Positions 39,189 to 52,120 of a DNA stretch of 64,000 bases are shown here, one piece after another. Origin of the DNA: Felis catus (lineage: Eukaryota). The position numbers were made by a program, and so were the translations under genes. The stretch is taken from assembly GCF_018350175.1 (NCBI RefSeq), contig NC_058368.1, forward strand, positions 91,452,001 through 91,516,000, written 5' to 3'. The notes below the pieces were generated by a model. The model saw nothing but the letters and a program-made list of their open reading frames with translations. It was not told the DNA's origin and made no database searches. Position 1 is the first letter of the stretch; each line of letters begins with the position of its first letter.

Positions 39189-42100
39189 TTAGAATGTTTC
39201 CATCCTTGAACGGATATTTGTAGCAATGTTTCTTCAATGGACTACCTTCATGCACTCATCTGAAACCATAATGTACAGGGGGTCTGAGAGGTGCTGGTGT
39301 GGTGTGGAAGGCAGAAGGGGACAGGACAGGGGGAATGGTGAGGAATGTGGGTTCTGAAGCCTTCTGCTGCTGTGTGGATCACATATCTCCCTTATCACGT
39401 CTCAGAATTTCAGCGTGCCTTTGTCTCCTCATCTATAAAATGGGGATAATAATAGGACTTTGACACGTGGAGCTTTGAGAGAATGAAATTAGTTAATATT
39501 TGTAAGACTCTCGGAAGAATTAGTGCCTAGTTGATGGGGGTACATAACAGCCATTCCTATCCCCCCTGCTGCTCACCTCTTGATCCTTGCAGGGCAGTGA
39601 AGACCTTTGACTTTTATTTTAATTTATTTTTTATTTTTTTAATGTTTGTTTATTTTTTGAGAGAGAGAGAAAGACAGAGTGTGAGCAGGGGAGGGGCAGA
39701 GAGAGGGAGACACAGAATCCAAAACAGGATCCAGGCTCCAAGCTGTCCAACACCGGGCTCGAACTCACCAACTGAGAGATCATGACCTGAGCTGTAGTCA
39801 GACACTTAACTGACTGAGCCACCCAGGCTCGCCAAGACCCTTGACTTTTAAATGTATGCTTGAGTCTCTCCTGATGATGGAATCTTATTTTCTGAACTGG
39901 GAAACATCCTTTAGGTAAGCTTCTGATGTTGTGTTTTGTGTCGTACCTGCCCTCAGACACTGAGTCCTACATTCACTGCCTACTGGCATGGTGCTCCTGT
40001 ATCATCAGAGGCATCCTCCTGGGTCTCATTTGCAAGCAGAATCCCCAGTCAGCTCCCTGATCACCCCCACCCAGGAACATGTGTTATCTCACCTGTGAAG
40101 CCAGAATGTGGGAGGCGCATGTGAGTAGGGACCATGTTTCTTCCACTCATCATTGCTCATCTGGCATGCAGTGAGACCGGCGTGTAGTTTGTACTCAGTA
40201 AATAGGTTTATATGAATAAAAGAAGGAATTTTATAAATGGAAGCAGCCTTCAGTATGGTGATCACGTTCAACCTGACAACAGAGTTTCTGAGGAAAGATT
40301 ATGGAGTAAAGAAGAGAGAAGTTCAGGGGCACCTGGGTAGTGTAGTCAGTTAAGCATCCGACTGTTGATTTCGGCCCAGGTCATTATCTCACGGTTCGTG
40401 GATCATGCCCCACGTGGGGCTCCGTACTCAGTGTGGAAGCTGCTGGGGGTTCTCTCTCACTCTAACTCTCTGTCTCAGAATAAATAAACATTAAACAAAC
40501 AAACAAACAAAAAAGATGAGAGAAGTTCAGGGTCTAGATCACACATGAGGAACGCGAAATGAGAAAGGAAAGAAAAATAACATTTTTACCATTAAGGGTG
40601 TTTGTGCTCCAAACCACAAAGAAAAAACTCTCCTCCCCAAAAAAACAAAACAAAAAACAAAAAACAAACAAACAAAAACACGAAGGGGGGGGAGGAAGAG
40701 GTAGAAGAGGAGGAGGAGGAGGCGTGGAGGAGGGGGAGGAGAAGAAGAAACTCTCCAGTAAACTGGGGTAGAGTATATGACTTAGATCTAAAATCTGCTT
40801 CTTCCTCCCTTACACCCCCAAACATACCATAGGCTGGTTGCAAGAGATCGAAGCAGTAGGAGCCAGGACACTCAAGTAAAAAGAGAAACATTGGTGAGCT
40901 GATGAATGCACAGATGAGTGCACAGTATAATTCAACAGTGGAGCTGTCGTCAATTGAAGAGGAAGATGGATTAGAGGAGTAGTGACAAAAAGAAAAGCCA
41001 TCAATCTATGTATTGCTCCCTGTTTATACTGATCATCTCTCAGAAGAGAAAACTGGAGGATTACTCACTAACTTCCTACAACGTCCCGACATCCCTGCAG
41101 AATCCTGCCCTGATTCCAGATGATTCTGCATTTTTCCTCTATTTTATTTTGAGATGCCCATTGCTGCTGGAGCAATTCACCACACTAGCGGTCAAAATGC
41201 CAGTTCCCTAGCACCTGCCCAGCCTTCAAAATGCCTTCTACAGACACACAGTAAACTTTGCTTCGGTTTTTTGAAACCTTCATCACCTTCCTCAGACCCT
41301 TCACCTTCTGCCTCCCCACCCTTTCAGCACATCACTCGATCCTAACTTTGTTAAGAACACATATGCTCGTGGAAAGAATTCCTTCCACATCCTCTTATCT
41401 ACAAAGATTTCCCTGAGTGTGCTCTCAAATGGCATCTTTCTTTTTTTTTTAATTTTTTTAATGTTTATTTTATTTCTGAGAGAGAGACAACGACAGAGAC
41501 AGAGCATGAGTGGGGGAGGGGCAGAGAGAGTGAGACACAGGATCCGAAGCAGACTCCAGGCCCTGAGCTGTCAGCACAGAACCCGACGTGGGGCTTGAAC
41601 TCACAAACTGCAAGATCGTGACCTGAGCCAAAGTCAAATGCTTAACTGACTGAGCCACCCAGGCGCCCCTCATATGACATCTTTGCATTAAAGGACGGAA
41701 GCACTGCTCTTCCTCTCTAGACACCTTTATCTCATTTCATCCTGGCATCCCACTGATCTGGCTGTGCCAGCCATAACCTCTCCTGACTCTGGAGCCTCTT
41801 CCACCTCACTGCCTTCCTCCTTTCAGTATTATTTCACTGTTATGAACATGGACATATCTCTCCTATCGTGAAAATAATAAGATTCTATTTGCTAACATAT
41901 TTGTTCTCATTCTCTTCAAGACACAAGCTTTTAGAAATCATGATTTTTGACTTCTCACATGTAGGCTGAGCAAAAAAAAAAAAAAAAAAAAAAAAGAAAT
42001 CATAATTTCCACTCTGTTTCTATAGTCTCATCTCTTATCATTTTCTCAACCTACAGACATATGCCTTTTAATCCAACTCAACCCAATTGAGAATACTCCC

Positions 42101-42250
42101 TTTTTTTCATTTTGGGAATCTGGGAGCACATAATTGCATTAATCACAGTCCATGGTCCAACCATGGTGGAATGGGGGTCAAGGGGAGGAGCACGGACATG
42201 TAGTCTCCTCTATTTGCCCTGGTTTTCTATTTGTGCCTTCAAACCAAGTT

Positions 42251-42732
42251 TGTTGGGAGGAAAAGTTTTCCTATACCTTTCAAAGGTTCTTGCAGCTGGC
42301 ATAAGAATTAAATTGGCATGAAACAGATGAACAGGAGAAAATAAAATTCAATTTCACATGTACAGGAATTCCACTTACATGCGAGGTTCTAAAGCAGAAA
42401 GGAAAAATGAGGTATATATGCCATCCTGAGCTAAGAACGGAATAGGAGCCTGGGACTTCAAAGGGGAGAAGAATAATTCACAGGGCAATAAAAAGAACAG
42501 ATGTTTGGTAATTAGATTTTTGCCCTGTCATGTAGGCAGTTCATTCAGATAAAATTTATCTCCTATGATAACTCTAATTCGGGCAAAGACCCCAATTTGG
42601 ATTCTTCTAAATAGTTAAGGGAGGGACAAAATTTTCTCTTGAGCCCATAGGGTCTCAGTTATGTTCAGTTCACAATAGTCTATACGCCAAAGTGTGGTGC
42701 ATTCTGGGTAGACTCACTCTTGAACTCCTTCA
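42251..42732 (-). mobile_element. Solo ERV LTR
   Basis: TG...CA termini, ~480 bp, near-TSD AGTT/AGGT. Orientation is uncertain. Confidence 0.6.
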
Positions 42733-43629
42733 AGGTCAATTGTGAAACCTCCCTCTGCCTTTCCCATACCTCAGAAATGGCACCTGCACCAGAAAATGAG
42801 TAATCAATCTACCAGAAGTTTTGAACTGTCTTTTACAGAGAACTGATCACATACTCTAATTATGTTCCAAAATTTTTACCATGTTGGTTGGACTTGGAAG
42901 CCTCTCCTAAGTTCTGGGTACCAGATTTGTTGTTCCTTTTTTCTCCTCCACCTTCCTACTCTAGGAGAATGAGGGCCTGTGGTAACAGGTTTCCCTCTCC
43001 CCTCTGTTAACATGCAAACTGAACTGTCATCCTAGGGCACATCCTTTTCATTAAGATAGAGAAAATAGTGAAAATAATAAAAATTGTAACATAGATTATA
43101 CCTGGAGATGGGATACTGTACATGTAAAGAAAACAACAAACACAGAGAACTTACATGCCAGAGACAGTTCTAAGTTCCTATATATACATTAAAACACTTA
43201 ATCCTTACAACTACTACCAGTGGGAAGTATAATCATCTCCATGTTACAGAGGAGTAAACTGAAACACAAAGAAATTCAGTAATTAAGAGGTACCCACTGT
43301 GGGGCACCTGGGTGGTTCAGTTGGTTAAGCATTTGACTCCAGCTCAGGTCATGATATCGCGGTTCATGAGTTCGAGTCCTGCGTTGGGCTCTGTGCTGAC
43401 AGCTCGGAGCCTGGAGCCTGCTTCTGATTCTGTGTCTCCCTCTCTCTCTGTCTCTCCCCCACTCATGTTCTGTGTCTCTCTCTCAAAAATAAATAAACAC
43501 TTTTTAAAAATTAAAAAAAGAGCTACCCACTATAATATATACAATAACTGGAGAAGATGGGAGTTGAATGAACCCTGGGAGTATAAGGTTAGAATGTATG
43601 GTCTTCACCATTCAGCTATGCTTCTAACA

Positions 43630-44020
43630 AATGTTAAGGGAATTTATATATGCATAATTAATATTAATTGTTTATGTATTTATTATAATATTTTAATAAT
43701 AAATAAGTTGTGTATTTATATATTATATGTTATATAATATATTGTATAATAATTACATCAAAATATAAAATACAAATATTTTATGTCATAATAAATACAA
43801 TATTTATAAATATAAAAACAGTAAATTATTATTATATAGTATACAATAATTCACTTATGTAAATAATAAATACAATTAATTTTATTGAATAAATTGATAT
43901 ATTTAAATAATTAATATTTAATTAAATATGTTAAATATTAGAAGAATATATGTATTAAGTATATATTTATTTAATATGTATATTAAATCAACAGGTACAC
44001 ATATCAAATTAAATTAATAC
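43630..44020. repeat. AT-rich low-complexity tract
   Basis: About 400 bp of almost only A/T with (TA)/(TAA) degenerate repeats. Confidence 0.9.
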
Positions 44021-44589
44021 TATAAACGGGGCACCTGGATGGCTCAGTCAGTTAAGCGTCTGACTTCAGCTCAGGTCATGATCTCATGGCTCGTGAGTTC
44101 GAGCCCCTGTCGGGCTGTGTGCTAACAGCTCGAAGCTTGAAGCCTGCTTCGGATTCTGTCTCCCTCTCTGTCTGTCCCTCTCTCTCTCTCTCAAAAATAA
44201 ATAAACATTAAAAAAAACTTTTTTAATTAAAACTATAAAGACAGAAAACTGAGGCAACACAGAAGGCCGAGGAGACATGGGGAGGACAACACGGTGAGAT
44301 GGTAACGAACATGCAGCTGGAGGGAGCCAGAGGGAGACACGGAACCATCTGCAGATACAGGGTTCTCTCTCTTTCCATCACTTCCATGTCCACCACCTCT
44401 TTCACGGCTTCTGCAAATCAGGGGCCAATCTATGCTCTTCACTGGGTTTACACAGTGTTCACGACATAACATGTCAAAATTGCTCAGGAAATAACTGACA
44501 AGCCACCTACCTTAACAGAGGTGATGGGCAACTTAGCCAAGCCAGAGTGGAATGGGCCTGCCCCTTTACAAACTCTGGACCCAATTCCA

Positions 44590-47420
44590 CTGTGCGGTTT
44601 TATCCCTAAACTAAGCAATTCTCTGACACCGGCTGGATGTTCTACAATTCAACTCGATTCTGACACTTTCTCCCTGGAGGTAGCATCAGCTCCCACCGGT
44701 TAAGGGCCCAGTCCTACAAGACTGCTTCAGACACCAGCAATGAATCCAGGTTGTTACCTGTGCTTCTAACTGACTGCTTTAAAAAAAAATTTTTTTAACG
44801 TTTATTTATTTTTGAGACAGAGAGAGACAGAGCATGAACAGGGGAGGGGCAGAGAGAGAGGAAGACACAGAATCTGAAACAGGCTCCAGGCTCTGAGCTG
44901 TCAGCACGGAGCCCGACGCGGGGCTTGAACTCACAGACCGTGAGATCATGACCTGAGCCGAAGTCCGACGCTTAACCGACCAAGCCACCCAGGCGCCCCT
45001 CTAACTGACTGCTTTAAATAGGAGGTTCCGGGGCGCCTGGGTGGCGCAGTCGGTTAAGCATCCGACTTCAGCCAGGTCACGATCTCGCGGTCCGTGGGTT
45101 CGAGCCCCGCGTCAGGCTCTGGGCTGATGGCTCGGAGCCTGGAGCCTGTTTCCGATTCTGTGTCTCCCTCTCTCTCTGCCCCTCCCCTGTTCATGCTCTG
45201 TCTCTCTCTGTCCCAAAAATAAATAAACGTTGAAAAAAAAATAAAAATAAAAAAATAAATAGGAGGTTCCATTGACGCCCTCCTCAGGTTCTGTTAATTT
45301 GCCAGAGTGGCTCACAGAACTGAGAGACACATTTTACTTAGTAGGTTACCAGTTTATTGTGATGGGTTAGAACTCAGGAACTGCCTAATATGGAAGAGCT
45401 ATGTGAAAGCATGTCAGTCTAAAAGGAAACAGGAGGCAGGGACCTGGGTGGCTCACTCAGTTGAGAGTCTGACTTCAGCTCAGGTCATGATCTCGCAGTT
45501 CGTGAGTTCAAGCCCCGCATGGGGCTCTGTGCTGGCAGTTCAGAGCCTGGAGCCTGCTTCAGATTCTGTGAATCCTCCCTCTCTCTCTGCCCCTTCTGTT
45601 CTCTCTCTCAAAAATAAATAAATACACTTAAAAACTTAAAAGGAAACAGGAGGCCACTGGCGAGGGAAACAAAGCCAAGAAAAGTGTAGTTTAAATTAAA
45701 TTCCCTTACAGCTTGCAGCCCATTGATAGATGTCAGAGACCTGCAGCACCTAACACTCCCCAAGATGGTCTGTGGTTGCCTTAACAGCTTCATGCTTATA
45801 CTTCCTTAAAAACTAAAAGCAACCTTATCTTGACAGTAGCTAAATCCTGTGAGACCCTGCATTCGGCATCCAGAAATTCCTCGGAAACTAACTTTATCTC
45901 TATCCCCGCTCCCTCCACAAACTTAAAAGTATATCATGAGTTGCTCCTCACAATCCCAAGTGTAGCTCTTCCTGCCCACAGGGCCTGTTCCTGTGCTTTA
46001 ATAAAATCTTTTAGGAGAGCACCTGGGTGGCTCAGTCAGTTGAGCGTCTGACTTTGGCTCAAGTCGTGATCTTGTGGCTCATGAGTTTGAACCCCACATC
46101 GGGCTCTGTGCTGACAGCTCAGAGCCTGGAGCCTGCTTTGGAATCTGTGTCTCCCTCTCTCTCTGTCCCTCCCCCACCTCACACTCTGTTTCTCTCTCTC
46201 AAAATATAAATAAACATTTAAAAAAACTTTTTAATCTGTTTTTTGCACCAAAGATATCTCAAGAATTTTTTCTTAGCCGTTTGCTCACAAACCCCACTTC
46301 AAATTTCATCACTATGACATGGAGAATCTCACACACGTGTCCTCAGGATGACAACGTTTAACTGAGAGACTGATTTCCCATAAACGCCTGATTAACAGAA
46401 GACTGAAACTGATCTCCTTGACTGATGCATATCTGCCAAGAATGTCTCCCTGTCCTCAAGCCGGTGAACTTACTGGTTGGACTCTGACTGGATTCCCCTT
46501 CTTTGTACGCCTTTCCCATAAATATGGTCCACCCCAAACCCTCAACAGACTTACCTGCAGCTTGCATTTCCTGAATTCCAAGTCCTCCGCTATCCTGAAT
46601 GAACTCAATTTCTGGTGATTCGAGCTTGTCTCAGTTCACCTCTTTATTTGGGTTGACAGATGCAGGGGGCAGGGTATGGGGCCACTCTCTGAGTAGGCCA
46701 CTCTCCCCACACCTCCACGTGTTCACCAACCTGGGAGCTCTCCAAAACTCATCCCTTTGGATTTTTTTTTTTTAGAAGATTTTAACTGGTTTTTTTACGT
46801 TTATTTATTTTTGAGACAGAGAGAGACAGAGCATGAACGGGGGAGGGTCAGAGAGAGAGGGAGACACAGAATCTGAAACAGGCTCCAGGCTCTGAGCGGT
46901 CAGCACAGAGCACGACGCGGGGCTCAAACTCACGGACTGCGAGATCATGACCTGAGCCGAAGTCGGACGCCCAACTGACTGAGTCACCCAGGCGCCCCTC
47001 CCTTTGGGTTTTTAGGGTGGCTTCATTACATAGTAATGGTAACCACCACCCCATCCTTAAATGCTTTCCCAAAGTCACCTTGTTAGCTTAACACAAGGCA
47101 TCTTTATAGCTCCCTCCTCATAGGAAATTCCAAGGGTTTTAAGAGCTCTATGCCAGGAATAGGAATAAAGACCAAATATAGACAGTATATATATTTTTAA
47201 GTTTATTTCTTTATTTTGAGAGAGACAGAGACAGAGAGAGAGGTCTAGAGAGAATCCCAAGCAGGCTCTGCGCTGTCTACACAGAGCCTGACATAGGGCT
47301 CAATCCCATGTACTATGAGATCATGACCGCAGCAGAAACCAAGAATTGGATGATTAACCGACTGAGCAATCCACCCAGGCACCCCCAAATATATATTTCT
47401 TATATAAATCACAACACTGC
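44590..47420. mobile_element. Nested LTR complex: MER21-like host, MER34-like LTR (~46317-46658), younger LTR 45404-46311 and several SINEs
   Basis: The inner LTR runs TGAAAG...TTTCATCA with TSD CTATG (45399-45403 and 46312-46316). The host resumes at GATGCAGGGG (~46660). SINE TSDs are visible. Confidence 0.7.
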
Positions 47421-47889
47421 ACCTTTATCAACAGAAGCTGGGCTAGCAATACAGACCAATTCCAGCCTACTCAATGCACATCAATAAACACCATTATCAT
47501 CAGATCCTTTCAACTCCTGGAAGGAGTGAGGTAGGCCATCTGCATGTGACTTTATATATGGCTGCCCACAACAGTGATCACCAGCAGCTGGCTTCCCTCC
47601 CGCTGCCCAGCACCCCAGCATGAAGCCCAGAGACATGGCGGGGGGGCAGGGCAGGTGATGTTCAGCACCGGGGAGTGCCATCCTAGAACCTACAGGTTGG
47701 CTTCATAAGCTATTCCACCCCTGGTCCTAGAGGAGGAAACAGAACTGCTATGTGAAAGGGCCAGGATGAGAAGAGGACAGTCTGAATTCATGTTAGGTGC
47801 AAAGGACTGAGGACTGGCTCTGAGGAGCTATGGGGTAGGGGAGAAACAGCCCCCACATACACACACCAGCTGCTCCCCTGCAAGCCCTG

Positions 47890-49217
47890 GGAGAAAACCA
47901 GCCCCACAATCCCATTCAAAAATGGGCAGACGACTTGAATAGACATTTCTCCAAATATGATAGGAGGAGATAGGATTCAGTAGGCACAGAGGGAAAGGTT
48001 CGGACCTGAGATCCCTGGGTGGGGAAAAACACCTATTCGGGAACAGTGCTGGGAGTGTCTGACCACAGCAAACCCTCTCAGGTGTAAGGTTCCTCTTAAG
48101 AATGTAACAGACCCCACCTCCTCCCTCTCAGGTTTCCCTCAGGAATCTGACTAAAAACTTAACTAAAAATAAGTAACCATAAAATGTATAGCCAACAAGG
48201 ACTGGTATGGCCTAGACCACTCCTCATACAATGGAAATGAGCCAATCAGGAATGGACAATCCAGCACCTAGAGCTATCTACCCAATAAGGATAGGACCTG
48301 AGAAGGAACGAGGGGGAAGAGAAGGTGGGGGGTGACCAGAACCTTATAAAACAAGGACCCTGGCCTAGTGTCCTCAGGCATTCATTTTCCAATGTTCCCT
48401 CTCTATAAAGAGAGCTTTCCTACTACTCTTCCTCTCTGATCTTATATTCTAATAAACCTTGGCCTGCTGCTCATTTTGTTTGTGTCCACCTCTTCATTCT
48501 TTGAAGCTGTGAGACACCGGATCCCAGGTATTGAGGTAAAAAAAAAAAAAAAAAAAAAAAGTCCTGCAACACAAAGAACATGTACAAATGGTTAATAAGC
48601 ACCTGAAAAAATTCTCAACATCACTAATCATCAAGGAAACAAAAATTACAAGATACCACTTTACACCCATTAGGATGGCTATGATGCAAAAAAAAAATTT
48701 TTAAACACATTGAATATGGAGAGGGCTGCCTGGGTGGCTCAGTGGGTTAAGCATCTGACTTCAGTTCAGGTGATGATCTCACGATTCGTGGGTTTGAGCC
48801 CCATATCAGGGTCTGTGCTGACAGCTTAGAGCCTGGAGCCTGCTTCAGATTCTGTGTCTTTCTCTCTGCCCCTCCCCTGCTTATGCTCTCTCTCTCTCTC
48901 TCTCTCAAAAATAAACATTAAAAAAAAGAATATGGAGAAAAATGGACCATTTGTGCACTGTTGATGGAAAGGTAAAATGGTGCAGCCACTATAGAAAACA
49001 GTGTGATGATTCTTCAAAAAATTAGAAACACAATTACCATATGATTCAGGAATTCTACTTCTGGGTATTTACCCCAAAGATTTGAAAACAAGGACTCAGA
49101 GAGATACTTGTAAACTTGTGTTCACAGCAGGATTATTCAGCTAAATTGTGGAAGCAATGCAAGCGTCCACCAAAAGATGAATGGATAGGCAAAATATTAC
49201 ATATATATGTATATATC

Positions 49218-49265
<48 letters not shown>

Positions 49266-49670
49266 CAATGGAATATTATTCAGACTTAAAAAGGAAGAAC
49301 ATTCTGACACATGCTACAACATGGATGAACCTTGAGGACATTAGGCTAGGAAGCCAGTCACAAAAAGACAAGTACTATATGATCTCACTTTTATGAAAGA
49401 CTTAGAGAAATCAAAATCATAGAGACAGAAAGTAGAATGGTGACTACCAGGGCTAGGGGAAATGGGGAGTTAGTGTTTAATGGGTACAGAGTTTCAGTTT
49501 AACAAAGTTAAAAGCATTACGGAGATGGACAGTGGTGATGACTGCACAGCATAATGAATGTATTTAATTCCACTGAACTGTATACTTAAAAATGGTTAAC
49601 ATGGTAAATTTTAGGTTATGTGTATTTTACCCCAATAGAAAAAATCAGAGGAAAAAAATAAAAAAATAAA
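47890..49670 (+). mobile_element. L1MB-like 3' fragment hosting an LTR, a SINE and a (GT)n microsatellite
   Basis: AAAATGGGCA.A.GACTTGAATAGACATTTCTCCAAA, ATGGATGAACCTTGAGGACATT and a TGTATTTTAC.. tail. Confidence 0.8.
47956..48571 (+). mobile_element. Solo ERV1-type LTR with promoter elements
   Basis: 4-bp TSD CAAA (47952-47955 and 48572-48575). CCAAT at ~48242 and ~48282, TATAAAA at ~48344, AATAAA at 48451. Ends ...GCAACA. Confidence 0.8.
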
Positions 49671-52069
49671 AAAATCAAGGTATCCTGAATTGGGCACATG
49701 AGTGGATACAAAGAAGGTTCTGGGCTCCTACTTGTAATTATAACTTATAATGAGCCGAACTGAAGAAACAAACATGTGTGTTGAGATTTGCTGCAGGCTC
49801 TGTGGTGAGAATTGGTGAGTCATTTCTGGTTGTGGTTTCCTGCACATGAAGCACTCACAGGACAGGAACTGATCATAAATTAATGCTCAGCATCCTGGGG
49901 GTCTCTAGTGCCCAATCCCACAAGAACAGAGCAGGACCAGGCTGGCAGAGGCCTCCCCGGGTGCAGTCAGGAAATCAGGACTATGTCTGGGAATTCACCC
50001 TCCAGGGCCTCCTCTCTGCAGCTGGGACTCCCAACAGACACCACCCATTCCTCACAGGCAACTTCCATCCAGCACTAATTAGCCGCTAGGGGCCAGCTCT
50101 TTGCAAGCAATTGAAACAACTTGCAGAGAAAAGTTGGCCTTCAGCTCTGTGAACGTTGAAAGAGAGGCACATCCCTCTTTTCAGCACATTTCCCCAGACA
50201 CGGCTCTCCCCAGGGCATTGATTCCACAGCCATTGCAATGAGATGTTTTCCAGCGTCATGAAGTCATCTTCCTCCAACTTTGTGCTTCAAAGTGTCTACT
50301 CCAAGGCTATGCCAGCCTAGGGAGCCTTCCAGGAGAGCCTGGTACTGTCTCTTATGAGCTGAAGCCTTTCCCTGGGTATTGCAACCTCATAAAGATTGTT
50401 ACTGTCCTGCCTGTAGCATCTCATTGCCCTGTGCTTGAGGCCAGAAGCTAAGCTTCACATGGACTTTGTCTTTCACAATGTCAATCAGCCTTTAGCAGAT
50501 GACCTTGTTCCAGCCCCTGACCTTTTGTCATATTTACCTTTTGTCAGAGGAGAGATGGTTTTTGTCAAGTTGATGAACTCTAACTCCTAATAAGTCTGGT
50601 TATCTAGAACTTTTCACGTGTGAGCCATGCAGAGGCAACCAGGGTCTTGCCAAACCCATTTTCAAATCAGGCCATCTTTTATTTGCTAGAAACTTCAGAC
50701 ATACCATGTTGACAGTCAGAAACTACTGGTTTGGTCTCCTTATAATTTTTAAATGCGAGATATGAGTGATATATAGGCACATCCCTCACTTTGTTTCTTG
50801 TTATATTTGCCAAGTAAGATGTCAGACCATTTTTGTTCTTTCCTAGGTCTTTGCATATAGACAAATCACTTTTGAGCCAAGTTATGTGAGCACAATACAG
50901 ACTTCCCATAACTGATGCTCATATACGACCTGCCATTTCATACCTTTCAGAATTTGGTAGAGGGGCGCCGGGGTGGCTCAGTCACTTTATCGCCCTACTT
51001 TGCCTCAGGTCATGATCTCACGGTTCGGTTTGTGAATTCAAGCCACACATTGGGCTTTCTGCTCTCAGCACAGAGCCTGCTTCAGATCCTCTGTCCCCGC
51101 CCCCCCTTTCTCTCTGCCCTTCCCATTTGTTCTCTCTCCATCTTTCAAACTAAATAAATAAAAACTTAAAAAAAAAAAAAGAATTTGGTACAAAGAGCAG
51201 TTTCCTAAAATTGTAGGCAGAGACATGACATGAGGCCAGGGTTGATTTTATGTCGTATTCCAATCATTTATGTGTGGGAAGCTGTGCCCTCTCCCCAACT
51301 AGAGGGAAAGCAGAGTGAACACAGGCCTATACCTTTTCCACTTCTCTCTCCTGTAGTGCCTGGAACAGTCCCTGTCATATAGCAGATGTCCAATAAACAC
51401 TGAAGAAATCACATAACCAGAGAAGGAATGTTGGCAATGAGACCAAGATCATTTTACAACTGGTACAGGTAATGTTAGAGAGATGTGGGACACATGAGTT
51501 CCAGGCACTGCTCAGTAAGGACCCTGGTACCTCCCTCAGCACAGTCACAGATAAAATCATGGTGGCTGCCAAGATTACACCGTGCATTGGGGCACCTGGG
51601 TGGCTCAGTCGGTTAAGTGTCCGACTTCAGCTCAGGTCATGATCTAGCAGTTCACGCATTGGGCTCTGTGCTGACAGCTCGGAGCCTGGAGCCTGCTTCT
51701 GATTCTGTGTCTCCCTGTCTCTCTGACCCTCCCCCCGTTCATGCTCTGTCTCCCTCTGTCTCAAAAATAAATAAACGTTAAAAAAAAAAGATTACACTGT
51801 GCATCAAACCATCCCATGGAGGTAAGGAGGGTGACTTCTGACCCCAGTGACAACATGGAGATTAGGAACCCTAAGCCCCAAACACTCAGATGCAGCATGA
51901 CAAAGGCCACTGCCCAAACTCTGTTTCCTGGCACTTTCCACCCCATCACATCATGGATGGTTCTCCAACATCTCATGCCATTTTTTAAAATGTTTATTCA
52001 TTTTTGAGAGAGAGAGAGCCGGGGAGAGGCAGGGAGACAGAGACAGAGGGAGAGGGAGACAGAATCCTA

Positions 52070-52120
<51 letters not shown>

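Larger units (their letters stand above)
31872..39270 (-). pseudogene. Vomeronasal type-2 receptor (V2R, class C GPCR) pseudogene, exons 1-4
   Basis: Exon 1 (reconstructed): HCYKYPFKDGNILISGIF. Exon 2, 37602-37339: WLHKHFQQVLALEFAVEVIN..HSDEKTLES..GALLELYKFPQ|GT. Exon 3, 37023-36223: INYGPFDLTLSDK..MAPKD..LMLHFGWTWVG..SYIVYSAVHAVAWAL, with in-frame stops. Exon 4, 32232-31872: IHDFLKNTSF..VRIGQ, with a SINE inside. Confidence 0.9.

Noticed and set aside
40620..40750. Lys/Glu/Gly-rich ORFs
   Set aside because: Produced by (AAAC)n and (GAG)n simple repeats.
47420..47700. Minus-strand peptides PVLNIT and GWNW, reminiscent of class C GPCR segments
   Set aside because: The motifs are too short and out of register.
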